The position numbers and the translations under genes are program-made. A DNA stretch of 64,000 nt from Cyanobacteria bacterium J06626_4 (GTDB taxonomy: Bacteria > Cyanobacteriota > Cyanobacteriia > Phormidesmidales > Phormidesmidaceae), in NCBI GenBank assembly GCA_038523235.1, contig JBCBJQ010000022.1, positions 1 through 64,000 on the forward strand, written 5' to 3'. Below, one piece after another: positions 20,412-30,820 of this stretch. Position 1 is the stretch's first letter. Each line of letters begins with the position of its first letter. The notes under the pieces were generated by a model. The model worked only from the letters and a program-made list of their open reading frames with translations, had not been told where the DNA came from and made no database searches.

Positions 20412-20609
20412 ATGCTTTGTACTACCTGTAAACAAAAAGTTGACTGTCTCCCAGCGGCACTGGCCGCCAATGATACTCACATGTACAAGCTGCTAGCGCG
20501 GCTTAAAGAATGCGATCGCTACGTTCAGGAATCGCCTAAGTTGGCTCCTAAGCTAGACGCCTTCCGGCGTCGGTTGTTTACGAGATCGCTGCATCTCACG
20601 ACTGATTGA
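20412..20609 (+). CDS. Small Cys-containing hypothetical protein
   Basis: 65-aa ORF with upstream GAGG, N-terminal CxxC and two more Cys, in an otherwise empty intergenic gap. Confidence 0.55.
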   Translation: MLCTTCKQKVDCLPAALAANDTHMYKLLARLKECDRYVQESPKLAPKLDAFRRRLFTRSLHLTTD

Positions 20610-20884
20610 GGCCGCTTCCAGCTTCTCTGTGAGACGCTCTAAAGCAGGTCTGTGGCAGATTTTCTGGCCCTGGCAGTCATAATGCTAGGTACATGCTGAT
20701 CAAAACATCGTTAACCACCCTCGCTACAGTCCTTACACGGATTTAACGGCCTGTCTCCTTGGTCAGGGTGCTGAGTGGATGACTGGTCTCAGCAGTCATT
20801 GCCGAAAAAGTTCGGCTAGATTTTTATCGCTAGGTTAGGTGCTGTGGCAAGCTAGCTCTTGGTATCTTCCTGAAAGGCTTGACC

Positions 20885-21784
20885 ATGACGATCGCATCCC
20901 TCTCTCCTTGGGTTTTGCGCGATCACCTCTTTCATTGGGGCGATCGCACCTATGTCATGGGGGTGCTCAATGTCACTCCTGACAGCTTTAGCGACGGCGG
21001 CCTGTTCAACACGGTCGAGGCCGCGATCACTCAAGCGCAACAGCTACTGGCAGCTGGTGTAGATCTGCTCGATATCGGCGGTCAGTCGAGCCGTCCTGGG
21101 GCAGAGCAGATTCCGATTGAAGCCGAGCTGCGGCGGGTAGTGCCCGTGATCGAAGCAATTCGCCAGAGTGGTGATCGTGACTTAGCGCAGGCAGTAATCT
21201 CGGTCGATACGACCCAATCAGAAGTCGCCCGAGCGGCCGTGCGGGCCGGAGCGGATATCGTCAACGATATTTCTGGCGGCACCTTTGACGCCGCGATGTT
21301 TTCTACCGTGGCGGATCTGGGCGTGCCCATTATTTTGATGCACCTGCGCGGCACCCCTAAGACGATGCAACAAAACACTCATTACAGCGATCTCATGGGT
21401 GAGATTGCCGACTTTTTAGAACGCCAGGTCAAAACGGCCCAAGCTGCTGGCCTCAGTCACAGTCAAATCGCGATCGATCCGGGCATTGGGTTTGCCAAAC
21501 GCTATCCGCAAAACCTCGAAATTCTGCGAGAAATTCCCCAATTGCGAGGGCTACACTGCCCTATCCTAGTTGGCCCGTCGCGTAAAAGCTTTATCGGCTG
21601 GCTGCTCAATCAACCTGATCCCCAAGCACGGGGCTGGGGCACAGCGGCAGCCTGTTGTGCGGCGATCGCGGGTGGGGCCGACATTCTCCGAGTACACGAC
21701 GGTCAAGCCATGGTAGAAGTCTGCAAGGTCGCCGATGCCATTTGGCGGCAGCGACTGCCCGATTATTGCCAGGCGACTGATTAA
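20885..21784 (+). CDS. folP: Dihydropteroate synthase
   Basis: MGVLNVTPDSFSDGG, DPGIGFAK, SRKSF and RVHD motifs. Confidence 0.97.
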   Translation: MTIASLSPWVLRDHLFHWGDRTYVMGVLNVTPDSFSDGGLFNTVEAAITQAQQLLAAGVDLLDIGGQSSRPGAEQIPIEAELRRVVPVIEAIRQSGDRDLAQAVISVDTTQSEVARAAVRAGADIVNDISGGTFDAAMFSTVADLGVPIILMHLRGTPKTMQQNTHYSDLMGEIADFLERQVKTAQAAGLSHSQIAIDPGIGFAKRYPQNLEILREIPQLRGLHCPILVGPSRKSFIGWLLNQPDPQARGWGTAAACCAAIAGGADILRVHDGQAMVEVCKVADAIWRQRLPDYCQATD

Positions 21785-21844
21785 CTGTCGGGCTATCGGC
21801 AAGCGACATAGAGCCTGCTCAGCTGCCCCCATGACGAAGGCTGC

Positions 21845-22951
21845 TTAGCGATAGCGCACATCGCGGAAAACGACTCGAGCATTTTGAAATCCCCGCGCCC
21901 GCAATTCGAGTACCCGCAGGGTCGCTTCATCCTGGCTCGGGTAGGCACCGGCATTAATAAAGTCTCCTTGGCGCGAGCTATCCATAAACGCTTCCGGAAA
22001 GAGCTGCCTGACTTCATTCAAGGTGTTGTCATCACCAAACACGGCGGCAACATAGGCATCGTCAACCCGGTCAATGCTTTCTACGCCGGTGGGCAAATCT
22101 TGCTCGGGAATGTTGACCACCACTTCGCCGACTCCCGGCTCTTGAAACAGTCGCTGTCCGTTGACGTTAAAGATTTCTAAAACCGTGCGCCCCGAACTCT
22201 CAATGCGCGCAAAGTATTCCACCGGTTGACCGTTACTCTGGCCAGAGGCCACATAGCTGACGGCATTTTCGTAGGGAAACATCGGCTCGGCGACACTCGC
22301 CGCCGTACCGTTCAAATCTTGTTGTCCGGTGAACTTGTTAAAGACATTCATAAAGCGCTGGCCGTCTCGCTGAAACACCCGCACGGCATAGCTCGACGTA
22401 TCAAAGTTGAGTACGGTGTCTTGCCGCACTTGAGCCAAGTCTGATTCGGGTACAGCAAAAACAGCGACGTTGCCAGAGGGTTGACTGGCAATGACCGTGT
22501 TAGACCCATCTACGATTTGTAGTGCAGCCGTGCGGTTGGGAAACACTTCGGCGACATAGGTGGCTTGGCGGCCGCTGTAATCGCCTGTGGTGATGTAGGC
22601 CCCTCGACCATTGCGGATCGTAAAGGTGGTCGGCAATGCGTTGACCCGCAGCAAATCTTGAGACGCGTCAAAAACGTTCATTTTGAGGGCACCGCCTTCC
22701 CTGAAGACCCGGACTGAGTAGTCAGCCGTACCGAAGTTGAGAATCGTGGCATCGGGGGCGGTTTGAGCCAGCAGACCATCGGCATTTTCCAGCACAGCAG
22801 TCCCGGTCTCCCGCAGAACGAGCCCTTCGTTGGCAGCGAGCACCCCACTGAAGCCGACGACTGAACTCAGTAAGAAGGTCGATGCCAGTGTTAGGCCAGA
22901 GGCAATTTTACTGAGAAAACCAACGGAGGACTGCATTTTCTTGCTCTTCAT
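21845..22951 (-). CDS. Secreted hypothetical protein with duplicated beta-rich domain
   Basis: Signal-like N-terminus; internal repeat LNF.T..Y.VRVF...G...MNVF; C-terminus loosely SPOR-like. Confidence 0.75.
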   Translation of the reverse strand: MKSKKMQSSVGFLSKIASGLTLASTFLLSSVVGFSGVLAANEGLVLRETGTAVLENADGLLAQTAPDATILNFGTADYSVRVFREGGALKMNVFDASQDLLRVNALPTTFTIRNGRGAYITTGDYSGRQATYVAEVFPNRTAALQIVDGSNTVIASQPSGNVAVFAVPESDLAQVRQDTVLNFDTSSYAVRVFQRDGQRFMNVFNKFTGQQDLNGTAASVAEPMFPYENAVSYVASGQSNGQPVEYFARIESSGRTVLEIFNVNGQRLFQEPGVGEVVVNIPEQDLPTGVESIDRVDDAYVAAVFGDDNTLNEVRQLFPEAFMDSSRQGDFINAGAYPSQDEATLRVLELRARGFQNARVVFRDVRYR

Positions 22952-23473
22952 CTTCAACCGCCTACTTAATACTCGCAGAGAATTTTCTTGAAGTGACAGA
23001 CCGGCCCTTTCAAACGTGGGAAAGCGCACTAGCACGACCGTAATTTTATGACAACTTTGTAAAATGGGACGGTTTTCCTGAAATTCCCTCCGGGCTGCCC
23101 TTTAAAGAGGCAAAATTCTACTGTTTAGTTCATTGAAAATCGACGCTCAGAGTTTGAGTGCTCAGTGGAGGCGGGGGGCTCTGGCCGCAACGCGGCCGCC
23201 GCCATCAAGTTTACTCAGGCAGAGCCGATGAATAAAGGCGCGATCACAACCAGGTCACTCACACGATGGCACAGCGGCAGGATGAGACTGCTGGCAGCAA
23301 TCTTAAAGCTCCCTTGGCTGACGCGCTACCCGACTGTTGCGGGTGCTAGGGCCTGTCCTCATTTAGCGGCCAAATCCTTGCAACCAAGGAACGACAGCCC
23401 CTAGTCTGTGGAGTCGGTACGGGCGCAGTAATGCTTGCCTCCAAAGGCTTCTGGGATGAATGGATAATGCGCC

Positions 23474-24184
23474 CTAGAGCATCGGTTCACGAGTCAGCTT
23501 GACTGTGTAGTAGCGACTGGCCAAAAAGCCGACGGTGTAGATTAGCGCTGCATCTGAGGAAACACCGATGGCTGTACCCACTCCCGGCAAAATTTCTAAA
23601 AAGCTCAGGCCAGATTTGAGAGTGCCAGAACTGCCTGTGAACACCGCCCAAATTGCTAAAACTTCCCCACGTCGGGCGGCGTCTGCTGTCGAAAAGCCAT
23701 AAATCGCCGCAATTTTGTAAATCATTTCCGCTTGTAGGGCCGCGATCGCGCCTAAATCAATCGCAAACAACAGTGCGGCCACTGGCGGAATGAGATTGGT
23801 CAGCAAGCCGACTTGGGCAGCGCGCCAGGTCGTTTGGCTAATCACTCGCTGCACCAATTGTTCATCGGTGTCTAACGGGTGCTCAGCCCGTAGGGTAGCG
23901 ACCTCTTTACGCACCTTGTCAGCATTGACCTGCCCCACCGCTGCCAGCAACCAACTCAACCCCGGCACTGCGGTTGCATATTTGATGAAGGGGATATCAG
24001 CGATCGGGGCGACGGTGTTGCCGACTAGCTGTGTCGCCTGATCAATGGCCGGATAGATCAAGTCGACGAAGGCATCGCCCGCCGCGTTGACTCCGGTTTG
24101 CACCATCGTCGTCATTGCTTTCATCGCCCGAGCAACTTGGTCAACGGCGGCATCAGGGCTCTGGGGTGGGGGCGTTCGAGTCAT
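23474..24184 (-). CDS. EcsC/DUF697-like protein
   Basis: IDLGAIAALQAEMIYKIAAIYGF..., EILPGVG. Confidence 0.75.
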   Translation of the reverse strand: MTRTPPPQSPDAAVDQVARAMKAMTTMVQTGVNAAGDAFVDLIYPAIDQATQLVGNTVAPIADIPFIKYATAVPGLSWLLAAVGQVNADKVRKEVATLRAEHPLDTDEQLVQRVISQTTWRAAQVGLLTNLIPPVAALLFAIDLGAIAALQAEMIYKIAAIYGFSTADAARRGEVLAIWAVFTGSSGTLKSGLSFLEILPGVGTAIGVSSDAALIYTVGFLASRYYTVKLTREPML

Positions 24185-24490
24185 CAATGGGTTCCAAATG
24201 AGCAATACAACGATTGACAAAATTCTAGGAGCATTTTCCTGAAACCTCTAGCACAATCTACCTTTTGACTGATATGGCAGAGGGTAGAAAGGTACAGGGT
24301 TCAACATACAAGGGAAGGGTCTTGCCGCAGGCGATCCAGCGATTAAAATTGTCCAAATCTGACTACGACTCGCTATATTCCGCTTGACAGTCTGCCCTGC
24401 TGCCCCATATCCGGTTTGCCAAAGAGCGATCGCATACACATCAATTCTCCATGCAGCGACACGGCTTTGGTTTTGAGCAGCATGGCGTTA

Positions 24491-24651
24491 TACCGATTCT
24501 GCATGACAGCTACAGATCAAGTATCCCCCGCTGTGGCCGCCCCCTTGTCAAAGGGGCTATCTATTCCCCGGATGTGACTGCCCACCTTTTTAAGCGGGGG
24601 TGGGGGGAGCCCCGGCGAAAGAATCTGTAGTCCGGTTTCAGAGAATTGGTA
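24491..24651. mobile_element. Small TA-flanked MITE/dispersed repeat, copy 2
   Basis: Ends TACCGATTCT...CTACAGAT and ATCTGTAG...AGAATTGGTA; internal hairpin CCCCTTGTCAAAGGGG. Confidence 0.75.
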
Positions 24652-24742
24652 TTAAGTACCGCCGAATCATCGATTAAGGCCAAAGCGGCCCTGCGGTGCT
24701 ATCAGTTCGACGATATCTGCTGAACCTGACGTTGAATTGCGG

Positions 24743-26599
24743 CTAAGACACGTTAGCACCACATTGAAAATGGATGTAGAGATAGCCACCTTTGTTGCCT
24801 TGAGGCGTTTCTGGGGCTAGCTGACAGATCTCAGGCTTTTCGATAATTAAGGGATCGCTCTCGTCGATTTCTGAGCGAATCACCCAAACATCCGCTGGCA
24901 TCGGCAGTTGATTAACCAGCCTGGTGAAACGCTGAGTAACGGGTTGGTCAGTGCCATACCCTTGCTTCAGGGTAAAAAACTGCGGGGCGACTTGCCAGCC
25001 GCTGCTCGCGTGGTCGGGTGAAAAGTGCCGGTCAATTTCCCAAGCGAGACTCAAAAATTTTGCCCCAATGACCGTGGGCTGTTCAAACACTTTTTCGGTC
25101 GATGCCAAAACAATGGGATGGGCCGAGTGGGTTTGAATGTAGGGGATAAAGCGATCGGGCGCATAGTATTTGGGAAACGCCAAGTTGTTGATGATCATGA
25201 GGGCGCTAATTAACCCCGCCACCCAGGTGAATTGCACAAAGCGCCGACCCGAGACCCGGCGGCGGCTAAAGGGCAAGGATACGCTGAGAGGCGCACGGGG
25301 CGATCGCCCTTGCCAGTATTGAGCAAAAATGCCCCCGGCCAACACCATCAAGGCAGGATAGTAGGTGAACTTGTAGCGCAACCCACGGGTGATATCTGAA
25401 CCGTAGACGTAGCAAATGAAGGCAAAAATACCCAGCATGGCCACCCAAAAGCCACCGACCACGACCAAGCCAATATGACCTTGGGGTACTTGGTTGAGAG
25501 ACTTTGCACCTTTGATCAAGGCGGGGATGAATTTGCCGATGAACAGTAACGTCAGCAAAATGGTGACGCCAATGAACACAAAGTCAAAGGGCGTTTGAGC
25601 AAAGAAGTTGGCCGGTGTGACGAAGCTGGTGAGGATAGCGGCAAAAGTTTGCGCCAAAGGATTGACCCACCTCATCAGGGGACCGCTTTCTCGCAGAAAG
25701 GTGGTTTGGGGGCTGCCATGAAAATTGAGCAAAACCGGTAGCCACAGGAAAATGCTCAATGCCGTCGCCGCGGCCACGGCATAAATCGGTCGCCAATAGG
25801 GCTGCCAGAGGGTGGCCAGCTGCCGTTGCCACACTTGCTGCAGGGCGATCGCTACCAGTACTAAGCCTTCAGCGGCAAAAGTTAAGGCTGAGAAATAGTG
25901 GTTGGCAAAGGCAAAGGCATTGATCAAAACCCAGCCCCCGCAGAGCAGCCAATCAGGTGTTTGGGCGGTTAATACCGCTCGAGTCGCGATCACAAAACAG
26001 CCCAGAGAGAGGCTGATCAGCGTGATGCCGAGGCCGTAATGGCGCGCCTCTTGCGACAAGAACAAACTAAACGGCGAGACCGCCATGAAAGCTGCACTGA
26101 GCAGTCCTGCCGTTGAGGACTGAAAGGTATTTTTAGCGACCCAAAAGATGGCAGGCACCGATAGCGACCCGAGCAAAGCGGAAAACAGTCGCGATACGGC
26201 CAGAGATGCCACTGCCCCATCAGCGGTAAACCAATCCATCCAAAGATGCGCCAGCATAAAATAAGCAGGCGGATGGTTGTTTTCTTGCAGTAAATACCGC
26301 GCCGAGTCGATGGGCGCTGCACCAGCATCGCGGATCAGGGGCCGAAGAAGCGCCTCCAGATCAACAACTTGCTCCGTCGGCAAAAAATAGCTGCTGTTGC
26401 CCAGACTAAAGATGACTGTGCTGACCTCATCCATCCAGGCGGTTTTGAGGTCAAGGTGGGTAACCCGCAACCCAACTCCCAGTAAAAAGAGCAAACAGAC
26501 CATCATCCAAGTCCGTCGGGCGGAATCTGGCTGATGTTGACTCAACGTTTCTGGCTGACCCAGCACGGCTCTCAATGCCATTGCCCTCACTACGCTCAT
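24743..26599 (-). CDS. GT-C membrane glycosyltransferase (GT39/PMT-like; start uncertain)
   Basis: WMDE, NHPPAYF and SQEARHY motifs; many TM segments. Confidence 0.88.
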   Translation of the reverse strand: MSVVRAMALRAVLGQPETLSQHQPDSARRTWMMVCLLFLLGVGLRVTHLDLKTAWMDEVSTVIFSLGNSSYFLPTEQVVDLEALLRPLIRDAGAAPIDSARYLLQENNHPPAYFMLAHLWMDWFTADGAVASLAVSRLFSALLGSLSVPAIFWVAKNTFQSSTAGLLSAAFMAVSPFSLFLSQEARHYGLGITLISLSLGCFVIATRAVLTAQTPDWLLCGGWVLINAFAFANHYFSALTFAAEGLVLVAIALQQVWQRQLATLWQPYWRPIYAVAAATALSIFLWLPVLLNFHGSPQTTFLRESGPLMRWVNPLAQTFAAILTSFVTPANFFAQTPFDFVFIGVTILLTLLFIGKFIPALIKGAKSLNQVPQGHIGLVVVGGFWVAMLGIFAFICYVYGSDITRGLRYKFTYYPALMVLAGGIFAQYWQGRSPRAPLSVSLPFSRRRVSGRRFVQFTWVAGLISALMIINNLAFPKYYAPDRFIPYIQTHSAHPIVLASTEKVFEQPTVIGAKFLSLAWEIDRHFSPDHASSGWQVAPQFFTLKQGYGTDQPVTQRFTRLVNQLPMPADVWVIRSEIDESDPLIIEKPEICQLAPETPQGNKGGYLYIHFQCGANVS

Positions 26600-27065
26600 A
26601 ACCCAATTGCTCAATCATAGTATCTGCAAAAGGGACGCCCGCTGTCGTTGGCAATGTAGCAGTCCAGCCTAGTTGTTTAACCGTTCAGAATTGAACAATT
26701 AAAGTCGGCTTGGGAGTTTTGAGTCGGCCTGTCGCCAGGGGTAGGCATTGTTGGTAGTGCAATGTTTATAGCCCTGCGTCGATGGGGAGATGTCGGCAGG
26801 TATAGGCTCAATTTTTTAGTTGTTAGTCGATTACGGGCTCGAATCTTGGTCATAAACCAGTGTTTTTTAGAAACGCACGAGCGTTCTAACAGGACAAATT
26901 GAGGGGCGATCGCCCTCAACTGCCGTCGGTTAGTCATGGCTAAGCCTCCAAAGTGCAGCACGCCAAAAAGAGCAGCATTAAATTTAGGTTAAGCTCAGGC
27001 TGTCTCGATCAAGAGCTTCGTTAGATTAATTTCCCTTTGATACCCGGATAGCGAATTGGAATCAC

Positions 27066-28211
27066 ATGATGAAAACAGCACTCCAAAAAACGATGGGCAT
27101 GCTTGCGGCGGAGGCGATAGAAACTTTTCTACAAGCGGCTGAAAGCTATGAAACCGAAACGCTGAGGGATCAAGATCCCGAAAACCTACATCAGATGCGC
27201 GTCAATTTGCGCCGCCTCAGAACTGCGATGCAGGTATTTAGTCCCAGTATTCAGCTACCCCGTGCTGGTCAAGAAGCGCGAGTCGCTCAAGTCGCTCGGC
27301 GGTTAGGCACGCTGCGGGATTTAGACGTCATCATGGCGACATTGCAGGATGAATATCGCCCCGACTTACCTGAAACCGAACGAGCCGTACTAGCCACCCT
27401 CTTTGCCGACCTTGAAAAAAAGCGCAAAAAAGCTTTCAAACAGGTTAAACGAGAGCTACGGGGCGATCGCTACCAGACCCTGAAAGCTCGCTTGCACCAC
27501 TGGTCAGCTAAACCGAAATGTCATGCCAGCGCGCAGCTCACTATTGAGACTGTTTTGCCTGATCTCATTCAGCCCGCTGTGAGCCAACTCTGGTTGCAGT
27601 CTGGCTGGCTCGTGAGTACTGAGCCGACCGCGTCAGGGTTTAAGCCCGTCACGCCGCTCAATACCAACATTGACGAGTTGGTCGTCTGCCATAGTCAGCC
27701 GCTTCACAGTTTGAGAAAGCAAGTAAAACGAGTGCGCTATCAGCTCAAGTTTGTTTCGTCCTGTTATGGCGATCGCCTCAACCCAGAACTAACGCGACTC
27801 GCCGATCTACAGGATGTCTTAGGTACCCTGCAAGATAGTTTGATCATGGCCAGGGTTTTGCAAACAGCCGGGCCGAAGTGGCAAACCAAACTCCCCACCT
27901 TAAAGGCGCTATTAGCAGCTCAGCGGCAGCGGGTTTGGCAACAGTGGCAGACCCATCAGCAGTACTATCTCAAGCCAGAAAATCGCGCGGCGCTACGGCA
28001 AATTTTGCTGCAGCCAGGCACCCCAAGCACTGGTGCTAAAGCACCGAAAGCAAAGGCTAAAGCAACGACTAATAAGGCTGCAGCAACCGCCTCAACCCGA
28101 CGAACCCCGAAGAAATCCACCTCGGCTCGCTCCACTAAGTCGTCAACTCGAACTAAGAAGACAGATGGCTCTCAAAAGGCTACAGACAATAACTCCAGTG
28201 ATCAAGCTTGA
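27066..28211 (+). CDS. CHAD domain (polyphosphate-binding) protein with basic tail
   Basis: LHQMRVNLRRLR, LRDLDV, HSLRKQVKRVRY and LQDVLG.LQD motifs. Confidence 0.92.
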   Translation: MMKTALQKTMGMLAAEAIETFLQAAESYETETLRDQDPENLHQMRVNLRRLRTAMQVFSPSIQLPRAGQEARVAQVARRLGTLRDLDVIMATLQDEYRPDLPETERAVLATLFADLEKKRKKAFKQVKRELRGDRYQTLKARLHHWSAKPKCHASAQLTIETVLPDLIQPAVSQLWLQSGWLVSTEPTASGFKPVTPLNTNIDELVVCHSQPLHSLRKQVKRVRYQLKFVSSCYGDRLNPELTRLADLQDVLGTLQDSLIMARVLQTAGPKWQTKLPTLKALLAAQRQRVWQQWQTHQQYYLKPENRAALRQILLQPGTPSTGAKAPKAKAKATTNKAAATASTRRTPKKSTSARSTKSSTRTKKTDGSQKATDNNSSDQA

Positions 28212-28254
28212 CGATGCCGACTGAGTCAACGTGCCGTCGGAGCAGACGGCATAC

Positions 28255-29055
28255 CTAAAAACCCATGATTTGCTGCCGTTGCGCTCGAATCGCTGGCAAA
28301 TAAGGGGCGATCGCCTCTTGACCGACTTCGCAGGCGCGTTGATCAGCGGCTAACAGATCATTGCCCCAAATTACCTGGCCCAGGGTAACGGCATCACCTC
28401 GATCAGGTCGCCAGTCGTGACTGATAAACTTTTGGTCACAGTCCACCACGGCACCGTCAAATTGATGCCCTAAGGTGAAATACACATCATGCAAAACCTC
28501 AGGCACTGAGGGCCGGTGGAGCTGACCGCGCGAGCTGACACTGCGGGCATTGTAGCGACTGCGCGGAAACAGCCCGTACAAGTTTTTGAGCGATGCCGAG
28601 ATCAGCGATCGCCCCTTGAGCGTCGTGCGCTTAAACGCTCCGACCGAAATGCGACAATCCACTGTCTGTAAAATGGCTGGTGCCCACATCGTGGCAAATC
28701 GCACCGGCTGCGGCGATCTGTTGGGATATGCCGCTAGCTCCAGCGTGTCGGCATCCAAGAGCTGCATACCGTTATCTAGCAACAGATAAACGCCCAGCTT
28801 GCCCATAATGTCGGCAAACGACACCTTCGAGCACACGCCTTCCACAATCAAAATCTCGGCCTGCGGACTGGCCTGCCGTAACCCCGTCAAAACCTGTTGC
28901 AAAACCGCTAGGCTCACAGTGGCCGGTGGCCCTACCGGATAACCCAAATTGGGTTTAACCAAAATTTTGCGGGCATTATGGGCAGCAGCGGGCGGCGTGT
29001 AAACAAAGGCAGCGGTCTTAGCCACCATGACGGTGGAGTTTTCAATAACGGTCAT
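28255..29055 (-). CDS. DUF362 domain protein
   Basis: ILVKPNL, IVEG and SLKNLYG motifs. Confidence 0.85.
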   Translation of the reverse strand: MTVIENSTVMVAKTAAFVYTPPAAAHNARKILVKPNLGYPVGPPATVSLAVLQQVLTGLRQASPQAEILIVEGVCSKVSFADIMGKLGVYLLLDNGMQLLDADTLELAAYPNRSPQPVRFATMWAPAILQTVDCRISVGAFKRTTLKGRSLISASLKNLYGLFPRSRYNARSVSSRGQLHRPSVPEVLHDVYFTLGHQFDGAVVDCDQKFISHDWRPDRGDAVTLGQVIWGNDLLAADQRACEVGQEAIAPYLPAIRAQRQQIMGF

Positions 29056-29429
29056 CAAGGTGCATCAATCAGTCAGCTCGCCTTTACTATAGGCCGATGG
29101 TGATTCAGGAGGGCAGTGCAGAGGGACTGTCATGACCGGTGCCTCGCGACATCAGCTCATATCAGTTCTTAGTGATCGGACTGCCGATGCAGTCTTGGAA
29201 ACGCAGGGGAGCCAAGGAGCAGAGGAGCCAGATCGGTAGCCTTGTTTTAGAGAATCGGTATCAGTCCTGACTGGCAATCCATTGATAGCGGGTGGCGAGA
29301 TGATGAGGACATTGCCGAACAGAGGCTGCGCCCTCTTAGCAATTGCGACCCAGACACCTGAACCGCGATCGCTCATGCAAACAGGCAACTTTCCGCTAGG
29401 ATGATTGCCGATGCGTGAACTGTGCCCCG

Positions 29430-30746
29430 ATGCTGTCTAAAGCGTTAATCGCACTGAGTCTGTTCTCACTACTCGGAGAATCATCCGCCACCGCCTTTGA
29501 GCCGCTGGCGTGGCCATCCCTGGAGGCGATCTCGGGTTGGCAGTCGCCCTGGGTGTTAGCGACCAATTCGCCCGATCCCCTAGCCAAAGATATTGTGCGC
29601 AGCTATCTCACCACCCTGGCAGACCAGGGATTCGCGGTCGAAGAGCAAGGCCTGTGGGTACAAACCGGGGCGACCGCGATCGCCGTGCACCAGCCTTACC
29701 GGCCCAGCTCTGCCGCTTCGTTGACGAAGATGGCAACCACGCTAGCCGCTTTAGAAACCTGGCCCATTAACCACCGATTTGAAACGCGATTGGGTCATAC
29801 CGGCACGGTAGAAAATGGCGTCATCAACGGCGATTTGGTCATTCAATGGTCTGGCGATCCGTATTTTGTGTGGGAAGAGGCGATCGCCCTAGGCAACACC
29901 CTCAACCAGCTTGGCATTCAACAGGTGACCGGCAACCTCGTGGTTTTGGGTGAGTTGGTGATGAATTTTGAGGCCGATTCGACCTTCTCGGGCGAGCTAT
30001 TGCGTCAGGCCATTGATGTAAGTCGCTGGTCTGACGAAGTCTACTACGTCCACAGCACTTTACCGCCAGATACCCCGCAACCCGCCGTGGCGATCGCCGG
30101 TGAAATTTTTGTGCAGCCCAACGTGGCGACGGGGGCCGGGGTGCAGTGGCTCGTGCAACATCAATCGCTGCCCCTAGTGCCGCTGCTCAAAGCCATGAAT
30201 ATCTACAGCAACAATGTGATGGCCGATCAGTTTGCCCAGGCTGCCGGCGGGGCCACCACCGTGGCCGCTAAAGCCGCTGAAACAACCGGCGTCCCGATAA
30301 CGGAAATCCGGCTGATCAACGGGTCGGGGCTCGGCGTGGAGAACCGCCTATCGCCGCGCGCCGTCGTAGCGATTTTGCTAGGTATTCAGCGGCAGTTGCG
30401 GCCCCACGGGCTCTCCATCTCTGATGTGATGCCGGTTTTTGGCCAAGACGAAGGCACGCTGATTTATCGGGAACTGCCCGACCAAGCTGCGCTCAAAACC
30501 GGCACGCTGAACACAGTGAGTTCTCTGGCTGGCTACTTTCCCACCCGCGATCGCGGCCCCGTGTGGTTTTCGATCCAAAACTGGGGTGGCGATTTAGAAC
30601 TGCTCAGAGCCCAGCAGGATGCCCTATTACTCTCTCTGCAACAGCACTGGGGCGCGGCCCCGCCACCGAATACCTTTGAGCCCAAAGTCATCATGGGCCA
30701 ACGCCCGTATTTACTGGGCGACCCCGGTCGCAACTTGCCGCTGTGA
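29430..30746 (+). CDS. dacB: D-Ala-D-Ala carboxypeptidase (peptidase S13)
   Basis: ASLTK (SxxK), YSNN (SxN), NGSGL and KTGT motifs. Confidence 0.9.
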   Translation: MLSKALIALSLFSLLGESSATAFEPLAWPSLEAISGWQSPWVLATNSPDPLAKDIVRSYLTTLADQGFAVEEQGLWVQTGATAIAVHQPYRPSSAASLTKMATTLAALETWPINHRFETRLGHTGTVENGVINGDLVIQWSGDPYFVWEEAIALGNTLNQLGIQQVTGNLVVLGELVMNFEADSTFSGELLRQAIDVSRWSDEVYYVHSTLPPDTPQPAVAIAGEIFVQPNVATGAGVQWLVQHQSLPLVPLLKAMNIYSNNVMADQFAQAAGGATTVAAKAAETTGVPITEIRLINGSGLGVENRLSPRAVVAILLGIQRQLRPHGLSISDVMPVFGQDEGTLIYRELPDQAALKTGTLNTVSSLAGYFPTRDRGPVWFSIQNWGGDLELLRAQQDALLLSLQQHWGAAPPPNTFEPKVIMGQRPYLLGDPGRNLPL

Positions 30747-30820
30747 GCAGACGGACTTTTTTGTCGTAGAGTCAATAATGTTGAACAGCACCATCTGGTA
30801 AGCAACAAAGAGGACGCGGC

